A stretch of DNA of 64,000 bases from contig CAIVQB010000133.1 in NCBI GenBank assembly GCA_903907925.1, positions 8,041 through 72,040 on the forward strand, written 5' to 3'. The DNA comes from an uncultured Verrucomicrobiota bacterium. Its GTDB lineage: Bacteria; Verrucomicrobiota; Verrucomicrobiia; Limisphaerales; UBA9464. A program made the translations under genes and the position numbers. The number at the start of each line of letters is the position of its first letter. The first letter of the stretch is position 1. This document shows positions 18,543-28,388 of this stretch, in pieces. The notes beneath the pieces were generated by a model. That model searched no databases, was not told the DNA's origin, and was given only the letters and a program-made list of their open reading frames with translations.

Positions 18543-19724
18543 TCACACTCGGATTTTGCGCACCCACTGCTGATTGGCTTCCCAGTAGGTTGCTTTGTTT
18601 TTCATCGAAGGATCGTCAGCGGCCGGCTGGATGCGGCCGTCGGCGTCGGTCGCCCGGGAGACGATGGTGTGATCGCCGGGCGTCGGGTCAGCCCAGTCGA
18701 AATGCCAGAAGGACCAGTTGAATTTCGCCTGAACGCCATGCGCCGGCTTTTTCTCCAGAACGGCGGGCCGCCACGGACCGTCATCGATCCGCACTTCCAC
18801 CGCGCTCAACGGAGTTCCATCGCTCCACGCGGCACCGCTGATGTGCAATCCACCGCCGGGTCGGCGCACGACGCGCGCGGTCACCGATTTGACGCAGAGG
18901 TTGCAGACACTGGTTTCGCGCCAGAGCGGCGCGGGATCGCCGACTTCTTCGCCGCGGAGGGTCACGTATTCGCGAGCCATCCACTTTCCCATGAACCGGC
19001 GGTCGAGGACTTCGACACGGCGCAGCCATTTGACCCAGGCGATGCCGAACCAGCCCGGGACCACCAACCGGAGCGGGAAGCCGTGGGCCGCGCCGAGGGG
19101 CTCGCCATTCATCGCCCAGGCAAGCAGCACTTCATCGCGCAGCGCGTGTTCGAGGGTGAGACTGCGGGCGAAGTGTTGGGGGAAATCCTTCTCGCGAATC
19201 TTCTCCACCTTTTCATCGGTGCCGTAAAACACCACCTCCTCGGAACGTTTCATCAGGCCGAGTTCTTTCAACAATGGTCCCAGCGGGGTGCCGGTCCAGC
19301 GGATGTTCCCACAGGCTCCGGCGAATCCGGGGTTGGAGCCGTTGCCGCCACATTCCAGAAGAGCGTTGATGGATCGGTTGGGGCGTTTCTGGAGATCGGC
19401 CAAGGTCAGCGTGACCGGTTTTCGAAGGTAGCCGGCAAATTCCACCTTCCAATCCGCGGGCTGGGTCGCGGGATCGATTTTCGGACGGGGATAATGGGTG
19501 ACCTCGTAGAGATCGGCCGAGTCGGTGATCCAGTTCTGGAGTTTGGCCCAGCGCAGCATCGGGCGCTTGGCGTCGTAGGGCTGGGGATCGAGAAACGGAA
19601 TCAGCTCCTCCTGCGTGCCCGGTTCGAGCCCGAACGCGGCCAGCGGACGGCTCGCCAGGGTGTACGCGGCGAGGGCGACGGATCCGCGCAGCAGGTCGCG
19701 TCGGGAAAGGGCGGGAGACGACAT
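18543..19724 (-). CDS. Tat-exported sulfite-oxidase-family molybdopterin oxidoreductase
   Basis: SRRDLL Tat motif; LECGGN Mo-ligand Cys; HGFPLRLVVPGWFG..WVKWL; SRATD..G.IQP. Confidence 0.92.
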   Translation of the reverse strand: MSSPALSRRDLLRGSVALAAYTLASRPLAAFGLEPGTQEELIPFLDPQPYDAKRPMLRWAKLQNWITDSADLYEVTHYPRPKIDPATQPADWKVEFAGYLRKPVTLTLADLQKRPNRSINALLECGGNGSNPGFAGACGNIRWTGTPLGPLLKELGLMKRSEEVVFYGTDEKVEKIREKDFPQHFARSLTLEHALRDEVLLAWAMNGEPLGAAHGFPLRLVVPGWFGIAWVKWLRRVEVLDRRFMGKWMAREYVTLRGEEVGDPAPLWRETSVCNLCVKSVTARVVRRPGGGLHISGAAWSDGTPLSAVEVRIDDGPWRPAVLEKKPAHGVQAKFNWSFWHFDWADPTPGDHTIVSRATDADGRIQPAADDPSMKNKATYWEANQQWVRKIRV

Positions 19725-19862
19725 GAACGAAGAGTGAGGGCGGAACCCGGGGATTCAATCCGGGAATTGTCCCGCGCGGTTGCGGATGAATGGCGAATTC
19801 TTCCCGAGGTTGGTCCTCTGGTCGCTTGCCACGGCCGTCCGGTGTGTCAACTTCCGACCGCC

Positions 19863-20225
19863 ATGTCCGAGACCGTCACCCCCCCGAAGATCGTCGCCTA
19901 CCTCAAGCCCTCGTGTGGATGGAGCGGTGGCGTCCGCGCTGTGTTCAAGAAGTACAACCTCGCCTACGAGGATCGCGACATCATCAATGTCCCGGAGAAT
20001 TTTCAGGAGATGGTTGAGAAAACCGGCCAGACCCGGCAGCCGACCATCGAAATCAACGGCCGCATGCTGGCCGATGTGAGCGGTGAGGAAGTGGAAGCCT
20101 GGATGCTGGAGAACGGCATCGTGAGTCCGAACGCGACGGTTCCCGAGGTTCCTATCAATCAGCCCTGCGCCAACGAAATGCCTGGCGCATCCGCCGAGCC
20201 CGCGCCGATGTCATTCCGACGTTAA
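19863..20225 (+). CDS. Glutaredoxin-like protein (CGWS)
   Basis: YLKPSCGWS, cis-Pro QPT, DVSGEE; this is the true 3' part of the tracked ORF 18669-20225. Confidence 0.85.
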   Translation: MSETVTPPKIVAYLKPSCGWSGGVRAVFKKYNLAYEDRDIINVPENFQEMVEKTGQTRQPTIEINGRMLADVSGEEVEAWMLENGIVSPNATVPEVPINQPCANEMPGASAEPAPMSFRR

Positions 20226-20243
20226 CATCACCGGACCGGCCTT

Positions 20244-20780
20244 TTGAGTTCGCAGCCGCCATCCACCGGTCGGCCTGCCGGACTTGTTCTGCGGTCGGCG
20301 TGCGTCGATGATGTCCCGGTGATTCTGGGCTTCATCCGGGCACTGGCGGAGTACGAGAAACTGCTACACGAGGTGGTGGCCACCGAGGAAACGTTGCGCA
20401 CGCAGCTCTTCGGACCGTCACCCCGGGCGGAGGTGCTTCTGGCGGAGATCGACGACCAACCCGCCGGGTTCGCCCTGTTTTTCCACAACTTCTCCACCTT
20501 CCTTTCGCGGCCGGGCATTTATCTGGAGGACCTGTTTGTCCTTCCGGAATTCCGGGCGAGGGGAATTGGAAAAAGCCTCCTGCAGGAATTGGCGCGGCTG
20601 GCGAAGGTTCGCGGATGCGGCCGGTTTGAGTGGACGGTACTCGATTGGAACACTCCGAGCATCCGGTTCTATGAATCATTGGGAGCACAACCGATGAACC
20701 AGTGGCGTTTGATGCGAGTGACCGGTGACGCTCTGGACCGATTGGCCGAGCAGGCGAACCCACCGCCGGCGCGCCCTTGA
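20244..20780 (+). CDS. GNAT N-acetyltransferase (SSAT-like)
   Basis: LAEYEK, YLEDLFV.PEFRARGIGK, VLDWN, FYESLGA. Confidence 0.92.
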   Translation: MSSQPPSTGRPAGLVLRSACVDDVPVILGFIRALAEYEKLLHEVVATEETLRTQLFGPSPRAEVLLAEIDDQPAGFALFFHNFSTFLSRPGIYLEDLFVLPEFRARGIGKSLLQELARLAKVRGCGRFEWTVLDWNTPSIRFYESLGAQPMNQWRLMRVTGDALDRLAEQANPPPARP

Positions 20781-20796
20781 ACACCGACTGAATCTC

Positions 20797-21567
20797 ATGA
20801 CTCCGGAAGCCCACGCCCATTTGTCACAGGTTGATCCTGTGTTCCGCCGGTTGATCGAAAGTGTTGGGCTCTGTCCGCTCAAACCCGACCGGCGACGCTC
20901 GCCGTTTGAGGCGCTGGTCCGGGCGGTGGCGCATCAACAACTCAATGGCACCGCGGCGGAAACCATCCTCGGCCGTTTTCTGGCCCTGTTTCCGGCCGGC
21001 CGTTTTCCCGAACCCGACGAGGTCCTGGCGGTGCCCGATGAGGCGATCCGCGCGGCGGGATTCTCGCGGGCGAAACTGGCGGCCATCCGTGACATCGCCA
21101 CCAAGGCTGCGGCTGGGATCGTCCCGCACCGTCGCGATCTGGCGAAGTTGCCCGATGAAGAGATTGTGGTCCGATTGACCGAATGCCGTGGGGTGGGTCG
21201 CTGGACGGTCGAGATGTTCCTGATGTTCACACTGGGGCGACAAGACGTCCTTCCGGTCGATGACTTCGGCGTACGGAACGGGTTTCGACTGGCCTACGGG
21301 TTGGCAGAAATGCCGAGCGCGAAGGAATTAATGGCGGCCGGTGAATCGTGGCGACCGCATCGGACCACTGCCAGTTGGTATCTATGGCGCGCCGTTGATC
21401 TCGCGAAGGAAGCGGCGCAGAAGGCAAAGCCGGAGAAGGTGCGAAAATCCGCACCCAAAGAACCGTTGGCAAAGAAAACGGGAGTGAAGAAGACACCGCC
21501 CAAGAAACCGGCTCCACTCAAACGCGCGAAGGCGGGTTCGAAGCGGCCAGGTGGCGCGTCAAAGTAA
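20797..21567 (+). CDS. alkA: DNA-3-methyladenine glycosylase (AlkA/HhH-GPD) with basic C-terminal tail
   Basis: HQQL, GFSRAK, RGVGRWT, LPVDD, WRPHR..ASWYLW; K/P/A-rich tail. Confidence 0.88.
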   Translation: MTPEAHAHLSQVDPVFRRLIESVGLCPLKPDRRRSPFEALVRAVAHQQLNGTAAETILGRFLALFPAGRFPEPDEVLAVPDEAIRAAGFSRAKLAAIRDIATKAAAGIVPHRRDLAKLPDEEIVVRLTECRGVGRWTVEMFLMFTLGRQDVLPVDDFGVRNGFRLAYGLAEMPSAKELMAAGESWRPHRTTASWYLWRAVDLAKEAAQKAKPEKVRKSAPKEPLAKKTGVKKTPPKKPAPLKRAKAGSKRPGGASK

Positions 21568-22366
21568 CGAAACGGTCGAGGCCGATTTCCTCGGCACGCG
21601 CGGTCGGGGCGATTCCAGCGACGGCAAAGCCCGCCAGCAACGACTCTTCCGACCAGGCGGTCCGCAGTTGCTTGAGCATCATCTTGCGACGCTGCGAGAA
21701 ACCCAGTTTGACCAAACGAACGAACAAGGTGCGGCCCGCTGCATCCAATGCCTCGGGAGCGCGCCGCTTGAGCGTGACGCAGGCGGATTCGACATCCGGC
21801 GCCGGGAAAAAACATCCGGCCGGAATGGAAAACGATCCGGCGGGATCGTAGCGCATTTGCAGCAGGAGGCTGAGCAATCCGTAGTGCTCCGTGCCGGGTC
21901 CGGCGGTGATCCGTTGCACGACCTCGCGCTGAAGGGTTGCCACGAGGCGGTCAGGCGCGTGTTCGGTCAGGGCCAGTTCGACGAGGATGGGTGAGCCGAC
22001 CGAATAGGGCAGGTTGGAGACCAGCTTCCAGCCGGTCCAATCGCGCGGTGCGCCGTCCTTCAACCACTCCAGCGCATCGGCATGGAGGAGTTCAAAATGA
22101 GGTTCGCCGGCGAATCGTTCGCGCAAGACCTCGACTAGGCGCAGGTCTTTTTCCACCGCCAAAACCGAGCCGCTGTTCTTGAGCAGCAACTCCGTCAACG
22201 GCCCGAGTCCGGGGCCGATTTCGAGAACGCGATCGCCGGACTGGAGGTCCGCAGCGGCGACGATGCGACGCAACTGGTTTCCATCGTGGAGGAAATTCTG
22301 GCCGAGCGAACGGGTTAATTGGATGCCGCGGCCGTCCAGCCATTGCCGCATTTCGGTGAGCGTCAT
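21518..22366 (-). CDS. rsmA: 16S rRNA m6,2A dimethyltransferase
   Basis: LGQNFL, LEIGPGLG, SNLPY, F.PAPDVES, FSQRRK, RAEE. Confidence 0.96.
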   Translation of the reverse strand: MTLTEMRQWLDGRGIQLTRSLGQNFLHDGNQLRRIVAAADLQSGDRVLEIGPGLGPLTELLLKNSGSVLAVEKDLRLVEVLRERFAGEPHFELLHADALEWLKDGAPRDWTGWKLVSNLPYSVGSPILVELALTEHAPDRLVATLQREVVQRITAGPGTEHYGLLSLLLQMRYDPAGSFSIPAGCFFPAPDVESACVTLKRRAPEALDAAGRTLFVRLVKLGFSQRRKMMLKQLRTAWSEESLLAGFAVAGIAPTARAEEIGLDRFVTLTRHLAASNPPSRV

Positions 22367-23733
22367 GGCGCAATCCGCTTCAGCGCGGAATCGAGTTCGC
22401 CGAGGGTCCGTTTCAATTGCGCCACGGTCAGGGTGAGTGGCGGGGTGAAGCTGACCACGTTGGAATGTTCGCCCTCGGGCAGGACGATGAAGCCGCGGTG
22501 CAGCAGCGCCTTCATCACGGAGATGCTTTCGTGCGTGGCCGGTTTGCCATCGGGATGCTGCAACTCGAGTCCCGCCATCAGTCCGATACCGCGGGGTGAA
22601 CGGCGAATGCGCCCTGCGCGGCCGGCGATAGTTTCGAGTCCCGTGAGCAACACCGCCCCAAGTGTCGCCGCCGTTTCGACCAGTCCGCGGTCGGCGATTT
22701 CGCGGAGTTGCGCCAGGGCCATCGCGCATCCGACGGGATGCCCGAGATAGGTGCTGGTGTGGATGGCCTCACCCGTCGAGGCCGGCCAGGCGCGATCCAT
22801 GACATCGGCTCGGCCCACGCAGGCGCTGAGCGGGAATCCGCCGGTCAACGCCTTGCCCAGACAGATCACATCGGGACTCACGCCCGAATGTTCGCAGGCG
22901 AACCAACGACCCGTTCGGCCAAACCCGGTGTAGATCTCGTCGACGATCAATAGCGCGCCGAACTCATCGGCCAATCGCCGGAGGAGCGGCAGGAATCCTA
23001 GGGGCGGGATGTGGATGCCGTTACGGGCCTGGACGGGTTCGACGAGGATGGCTCCGACCTTGTGTTTGCCGAACAGCCGGCGGATCTCGGCTTCGGATTT
23101 GGTGAGATCCTGCGGGGCGTTTGCTGATGGACCGGGATAGCTGGCGAAGCGCCCGAACTGCCGGAGCTGATCCAGAAACGCGCCGCGGAAATGGTCGCGG
23201 TGGGTGGCATTCAACGCGCCGTAGCCGAGTCCATGATAGCCGCCGGTGAAGGCGATGATGTCCGGTTTTCCGGTGGCGAGGCGGGCCGTCTTGAGTGCCA
23301 TTTCAACCGCCTCCGAACCCGAGGTGCCGAAAATGGTTTTTCCGGTGAACGATTGTTTTCGGGATGTACGGCGGGAACCCGTGGCCCCGGTCCAGCGTTC
23401 AAATGTTATTGCGGACAGCGCCCGGGCGAGAAGGGCCTTGAGCGGATGGGGATGAACATCACCCATGGCGTGGAGCAGGGTGGACATCTGCCGGGCACCG
23501 GCCCGCACCACGCGCGGATTCGAATGGCCGGCCGCGGCCACACCGAATGCGGCCGTGAGATCGAGGTAGCGGCGTCCTTCGGCGTCCCAGACGTGGTTGC
23601 CCTGCGCGCGGGTCCACACGATGGGCCACGAACCGTCGGCTTCCATGAAGGTGACGTTGCGCGATTCGAAGCGGCGCAGGAGATCCAGGGTCTCGGCAGA
23701 ATTCATGCGGCGGGCGGTGAGATCAGACGCCAC
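22363..23733 (-). CDS. Class III PLP-dependent aminotransferase
   Basis: YLDL, SGSEAVE, YHG, EPVQ, DEIYTGFGRTG, PDVICLGKALTGG, HTST. Confidence 0.92.
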   Translation of the reverse strand: MASDLTARRMNSAETLDLLRRFESRNVTFMEADGSWPIVWTRAQGNHVWDAEGRRYLDLTAAFGVAAAGHSNPRVVRAGARQMSTLLHAMGDVHPHPLKALLARALSAITFERWTGATGSRRTSRKQSFTGKTIFGTSGSEAVEMALKTARLATGKPDIIAFTGGYHGLGYGALNATHRDHFRGAFLDQLRQFGRFASYPGPSANAPQDLTKSEAEIRRLFGKHKVGAILVEPVQARNGIHIPPLGFLPLLRRLADEFGALLIVDEIYTGFGRTGRWFACEHSGVSPDVICLGKALTGGFPLSACVGRADVMDRAWPASTGEAIHTSTYLGHPVGCAMALAQLREIADRGLVETAATLGAVLLTGLETIAGRAGRIRRSPRGIGLMAGLELQHPDGKPATHESISVMKALLHRGFIVLPEGEHSNVVSFTPPLTLTVAQLKRTLGELDSALKRIAP

Positions 23734-24499
23734 GAAGATCAGGTGACCACACGAATTTGTGCATCTGGAGCTGGAATCGGACCGGAAGTGCGTCGGCGAT
23801 GATGGCTTCCACCAATTCCTGGCGGGACATCGGCGTGCTGGGTGAGGGGACGGCCTTCAACGAGGCATCCCGTTGATGAGGCAGCAGCGGGGCCACCCAG
23901 GAAAGGAGCACCGGGCAGATCGCGGCGAGTTGATGATCGCGAAGAATCTGTTTGGCCCACTCGTAGTCTTCCCGGCTGCCGAGGACGAGTTTGATCTCAT
24001 CGGTCGGACGCAGGGCGGCGAGGTTGTCCCAACGATTTCGGTGTAATTCACCGCTGCCCGGTGCCTTGAGATCCATGATCCGTCGGATGCGTGGATCAAG
24101 ACGGGAAATGTCGTGCGCGCCCGAGGTCTCGACCAGCACGGTGAATCCGAGGTCACATAATTGCCGCATGAGCTCCGCTGAGTTGGGTTGAAGCAGCGGT
24201 TCGCCGCCGGTCAATTCCACCAGCGGCAGACGAAGGCCGGCAGGCGCGGCGGCGGCGAGCGGTGACGATGCCGGTGAAAAAGGCGGGGCAACGGGAAAGG
24301 CCGCCGCGAGCCGGTTGACCTCGGCCAGGATGTCGGACAGTTCCATGGGCCGGCCCTCCTTGAAGGCGTAGGCGGTGTCGCAATAGGAGCAGCGCAGGTT
24401 GCAGCCGGTCAGGCGGACAAAAATGCACGGCAGTCCGGCAAAGGTGCTTTCGCCCTGCAGGCTGAGGTAGACCTCGTTGACAACGAGTGAATTCGACAC
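23723..24499 (-). CDS. queE: 7-carboxy-7-deazaguanine synthase (radical SAM)
   Basis: SLQGE, RLTGCNLRCSYCDT, TGGEP, ETSG, QMHK. Confidence 0.92.
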   Translation of the reverse strand: MSNSLVVNEVYLSLQGESTFAGLPCIFVRLTGCNLRCSYCDTAYAFKEGRPMELSDILAEVNRLAAAFPVAPPFSPASSPLAAAAPAGLRLPLVELTGGEPLLQPNSAELMRQLCDLGFTVLVETSGAHDISRLDPRIRRIMDLKAPGSGELHRNRWDNLAALRPTDEIKLVLGSREDYEWAKQILRDHQLAAICPVLLSWVAPLLPHQRDASLKAVPSPSTPMSRQELVEAIIADALPVRFQLQMHKFVWSPDLRGV

Positions 24500-24603
24500 C
24501 GGCCGATTTTAGAGCGGGCTTGGGAATTCCGCGAGGCCCGGTTTTTCAGACAGGCTCCATGGAAAAAAGCCGGCGAGTGGGACCGGATGCCGCGGCGTTC
24601 CGA

Positions 24604-25083
24604 TCAATGAGAGCCTGGCGGCTCCGTCTTGGGAGACTTGCCGTCGGGCGTTGGACGATGTTCGTCGTGGGGCGGACCACCGGGTCCTCGGGGGCCGCCC
24701 GGTCCGCCGCGGCCGAACGCATTTTCGCGGTTGCGTTCGGACTCCCGGAACTTGGTTTTTTGCGTTTCGGTCAGGATGGTTTCGATGCGTTCCCGCGATT
24801 GCTTGACCAGGGCCTGCACCTGCTTCATGCGGTCATGGTGGGATTGTTCCCATTCGTCCATGTTCTGCTGGAGGAGCGGTTCCAACTGCTTCTGCTGTTC
24901 CGCGGTGAGCTCGAGTTCCCGGCTGTAGCGCTCCTTCTGATGCTGGAGCATGGAGACGGGATTGGGGGGACGAAAGATCGGCTGCCGGCCATACCGATAG
25001 CCCACGGCACCTCCGGCGATCCCTCCCAAAAAGAAGGTGGCCGCCAGATACACCAACATCGCCGTTTTCGTCTGCGAAATCAT
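24604..25083 (-). CDS. Spy/CpxP-like (LTxxQ) membrane-anchored periplasmic protein
   Basis: N-terminal TM (FFLGGIAGG), two LTxxQ motifs (LTAEQ, LTETQ), Gly/Pro-rich tail. Confidence 0.75.
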   Translation of the reverse strand: MISQTKTAMLVYLAATFFLGGIAGGAVGYRYGRQPIFRPPNPVSMLQHQKERYSRELELTAEQQKQLEPLLQQNMDEWEQSHHDRMKQVQALVKQSRERIETILTETQKTKFRESERNRENAFGRGGPGGPRGPGGPPHDEHRPTPDGKSPKTEPPGSH

Positions 25084-25388
25084 CGGAGCAGCGCCAAATT
25101 GTCGGTCGCGTTTGAAATCGCGTACACGTCGTCGACTTCCGGTTGAGTGGTGCGCCAGGAAATACTGACGGCAACCAGGGCGACCGCGCAGGCGATGCCC
25201 AGGCCGAGGCGGAGGAGTCGAAACGCGGCGGCGAGGTCGGGACTACTGTTTCCTCGAAAGCGCCAAGCTGCCAGGACGCGGGCCTCCACGGAGTACGGGA
25301 GCACGACCTCAGGGGTCGAAGAGCGCGCCGCGGCGGCACTGCGCAGAAGGCGTTCCAATTGTCCGTTCAAATCGTTCATAGGCTTCAT
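25080..25388 (-). CDS. Putative single-TM anti-sigma factor
   Basis: Coupled to the sigma stop (ATGA); LERLLRSA, EARVLAAWR, one TM helix. Confidence 0.7.
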   Translation of the reverse strand: MKPMNDLNGQLERLLRSAAAARSSTPEVVLPYSVEARVLAAWRFRGNSSPDLAAAFRLLRLGLGIACAVALVAVSISWRTTQPEVDDVYAISNATDNLALLR

Positions 25389-25972
25389 CTCTTTTCCTCC
25401 TTCAGCAACTGTTCGAGATGCTTCTTCATTTTTCGCCGGGCTCGAAACGCCCGGACTTTCACCAGCGGAACACTCCACCCGGTGATCTTGCGAACTTCAT
25501 CCACACTTCGGCCTTCCAAATGGAGCAGGGTGATCACCAGCCGGTCGGGTGGCGTCAAATGTTCCAGCATCTTCGTGACCAACTCGCGCGATGCGACATT
25601 TTGTTCCGCCGGCAAATCACTGGTCGTGGCCGCCAGATTTTGCACCACGGCCTCTTCCTCTTCGCTCAGGTCCGCGTGCCGCAGTTCGGGTCGGATCTTT
25701 TCGTGCGACAGTTGGTTCAGGCAGGTGTTGACGGCGATGCGTGAGACCCAGTGTTCCAACGGAACGGATCCGCTGAACTGGTCCAGCTTCGTAAACACTT
25801 TGACGAAAACGGTCTGCACAAGATCTTCTTCCGCGGTTCGACGGGGCAGGTGGGATCGGACTATCTTAAGGACCAGCGGCGTCAGGTGCTGATAGAGTGC
25901 CAGCGCCGCCGCTTCGTCCCCGCGCCGGGTGTTCGCAACACACGCCTGCACGTCCAATCCGGGTTCATCCAT
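25385..25972 (-). CDS. ECF RNA polymerase sigma factor
   Basis: AEEDLVQ.VF, WVSRIAVNTC (region 2); EG.S..EV....GWS...VKVRAFRAR (region 4). Confidence 0.93.
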   Translation of the reverse strand: MDEPGLDVQACVANTRRGDEAAALALYQHLTPLVLKIVRSHLPRRTAEEDLVQTVFVKVFTKLDQFSGSVPLEHWVSRIAVNTCLNQLSHEKIRPELRHADLSEEEEAVVQNLAATTSDLPAEQNVASRELVTKMLEHLTPPDRLVITLLHLEGRSVDEVRKITGWSVPLVKVRAFRARRKMKKHLEQLLKEEKR

Positions 25973-26001
25973 GCCAGTATCGGCCACATTTCCTGTTGGG
26001 A

Positions 26002-26027
26002 TGACCGGGGGCACCGGTGAAGGTTAC
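26002..26027 (-). promoter_or_regulatory. Candidate ECF autoregulatory promoter
   Basis: Minus strand GTAACC-16 nt-GTCA just upstream of the sigma gene, matching the generic ECF AAC/GTC pattern. Confidence 0.45.
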
Positions 26028-26172
26028 GGGGTTCCTCGGTGGAACGCCAAGTTTCTCCGCCGGGCCGGTCGGGGAATTGGGGAAGGGCCCCCTCCGAATT
26101 CTCCGAATGGCTGTCAGTTCCGGTTTGCTCCGGGCAACCCGACCCGACTACAACCAGCGCAGCAACACCGCC

Positions 26173-28377
26173 ATGGATCCTTTTCGCCCGTTCCGCCTCC
26201 TCTCCGTGCTCCGGTATTGCTTCCCTAGGATGGGCTGGATCGTTCTGCTCGGGGTGTTCTCGGTCCAGGCGAAGATCCAGTTCGATGTCTTTCCCGGATA
26301 TGGGGATCTGGCGAGCGGTGTGGTCCGGGCCGGGGCCTGGTATCCGGTCGGCATCGAGGTGCTGAACGACGGGCCGGCGTTTGACGCGGTGGTCGAGCTG
26401 TCGGCCGGCCAGTTTGGCGGTGCCACCCAGCGGGTGCCGATCGAACTGCCCAGCAACACCCGGAAGCGGTTTGTGGTCCCCTTCTTCTGCGCCTCGTCGG
26501 GGATGCTGGTGATCGATGCCCGCCTGTATGAACGCGGCGGAAAGTTGCGCGATGAGCGTCCCGGCACTCGGCTTGCCGTGGTGCAGTGGGAGACCCCGCT
26601 CCTCGGGGCATTGCCGGGAAGCTTTGGCGGCGTGCCAACCTTTCCGACCCTGAAGAACCGTCAACAGGGGCCGGAATGGCTTCCGACGGTGGCCCGGCTC
26701 CAACCGGATTTCATCCCCGACAACCCCATCGCCCTGGAAGGGTTGAACGCCATTTATCTCAACACCTCGGAAGTCTTGAAGTTGAAGGAACCGCAGGCCA
26801 ACGCGCTCCTCGCCTGGCTGAACCTGGGCGGTCATCTCATCGTGGCGGTGGATCAAGCGGCCGACCTGAATGCCGCGACGTGGTTGAATGACGTTCTCCC
26901 CGCGACGGTGGGAGCGGGCGATTCGAAGACCGTCGGCAAGGAGCTCAACGCCTGGGTCCGCAGCAGCCGCACGATGCTCCACAATGGCTTGACCAGTCCG
27001 ATGGGCCGCAATCGATCCCTCGGGAACCGGATGCCGGCGGGAGTTTCAGATCCGGAAGATCCCTTTGGCGCGCTGACCGCAGATTTCGATTTCAATGTGG
27101 CACCCCAGGTCGTTCAGATGCTGGCGCCGAAGCCGGGGTCCGTAGTCTCGCTGCGAGCGGGGACCCTGCCGCTGGTGGTGACACGGCCCCTTGGCCGCGG
27201 ACAGGTGACCCTGCTGGCGGTCAACACCGAACGGGAACCGTTCCGGTCGTGGACACTCCGCGGCTGGTTCTGGGCCCGCCTGTGCGACGTGCCGCAGGAC
27301 CTCCTCCGCTCGACCGGGTTCAATGCCTATGGTGGACGGAGCTTGGACGGGATTTTTGGGTCCATGATCGAGACACGCCAGATACGGAAACTGCCCATTG
27401 GATTCCTGCTGCTACTGCTCGTGGTGTATTTGGTGGTGATCGGTCCGCTTGACCAATGGTGGTTGCGCAAGATCAACCGTCCGATGCTGACCTGGATCAC
27501 CTTTCCCGTGTACGTGGTCCTGTTTTCGCTCCTGATCTATTTTATCGGATTCAAACTTCGCGCCGGGTTGACCGAATGGAACGAGCTGCATGTGGTTGAC
27601 CTGGTGCCCCAGGGCGACGGTTCCCGCGCGATTCTCCGCGGACATTCCTTCGCCAGCATTTACTCGCCCCGGAACGAGACGTATCGGGTTTCCACCGACA
27701 CCGAACACGGATCGTTGCGCGCGGAATTCCAGGGGCTATGGGGCAATGGTTCCGACAACGGCCGCATCAGTCTCCGTCCCAAGCCGGCGGGTTTTGAGGC
27801 GGAGATCTTCGTGCCGGTGTGGACCAGTCAGTTGACCGTCTCGGAATGGATGGAGACCACCGACGCACCGCTGTCGGCGGAACTCGCTGCACCGACTGGA
27901 CGGACGATCACCGTCTCCAACCGGACCGGCAACCGCATGGGTCCGGTCTGGGTGGTGGCGGGTGGACAGGTACGGAGTGTTCCCACCTTGGACGCTCACG
28001 CGACGGTGGACATTGCCCTGAACGGATCCGATGGCTCGCCGCTCACCGCGTTGATTGGCCGTCACAAAGCTGAATTCCAGAACGTCGTCACCCGGCGTCA
28101 GGAAGTTTTCGGCAGCAGTGAGAAGAGCCACATCGACGAATGGCCCGAGGCGTCGCTGGCCGCCTCGTTCGGATCTCAATTGATCCTGGAAAACGGGGAT
28201 GCCCGCGACTTCGTGTGGCCGCCTGGTTTCGACCTCACCCCGTTGGCGCAGCGACAGGATGTCCTGGTGCTGGCCTGGATGCCGGACACCTCGTTGATCC
28301 AACCGCTCAGCCAGTTCCAGCCGAAGCTCGGCCGGCGAGCCACCTTGCTGCGTCTTTCCGTTCCCGCCCGACCCTGA
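26173..28377 (+). CDS. Large membrane-anchored ABC-associated protein (extracytoplasmic domains, 2 internal TM helices)
   Basis: Signal peptide; G.WYPV; class-I GATase-like segment (LLAWLNLGGHLIV, GRGQVTLL); YLVVIGPLD..WLRK..R..LTWITFP TM pair; lies directly upstream of the ABC ATPase. Confidence 0.75.
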   Translation: MDPFRPFRLLSVLRYCFPRMGWIVLLGVFSVQAKIQFDVFPGYGDLASGVVRAGAWYPVGIEVLNDGPAFDAVVELSAGQFGGATQRVPIELPSNTRKRFVVPFFCASSGMLVIDARLYERGGKLRDERPGTRLAVVQWETPLLGALPGSFGGVPTFPTLKNRQQGPEWLPTVARLQPDFIPDNPIALEGLNAIYLNTSEVLKLKEPQANALLAWLNLGGHLIVAVDQAADLNAATWLNDVLPATVGAGDSKTVGKELNAWVRSSRTMLHNGLTSPMGRNRSLGNRMPAGVSDPEDPFGALTADFDFNVAPQVVQMLAPKPGSVVSLRAGTLPLVVTRPLGRGQVTLLAVNTEREPFRSWTLRGWFWARLCDVPQDLLRSTGFNAYGGRSLDGIFGSMIETRQIRKLPIGFLLLLLVVYLVVIGPLDQWWLRKINRPMLTWITFPVYVVLFSLLIYFIGFKLRAGLTEWNELHVVDLVPQGDGSRAILRGHSFASIYSPRNETYRVSTDTEHGSLRAEFQGLWGNGSDNGRISLRPKPAGFEAEIFVPVWTSQLTVSEWMETTDAPLSAELAAPTGRTITVSNRTGNRMGPVWVVAGGQVRSVPTLDAHATVDIALNGSDGSPLTALIGRHKAEFQNVVTRRQEVFGSSEKSHIDEWPEASLAASFGSQLILENGDARDFVWPPGFDLTPLAQRQDVLVLAWMPDTSLIQPLSQFQPKLGRRATLLRLSVPARP

Positions 28378-28388
28378 TCGTCCATCCC

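Noticed and set aside
18669-19862. Apparent 518-aa glutaredoxin fusion
   Set aside because: The 5' part is antisense to the molybdoenzyme gene; the real gene starts at ATG 19863.
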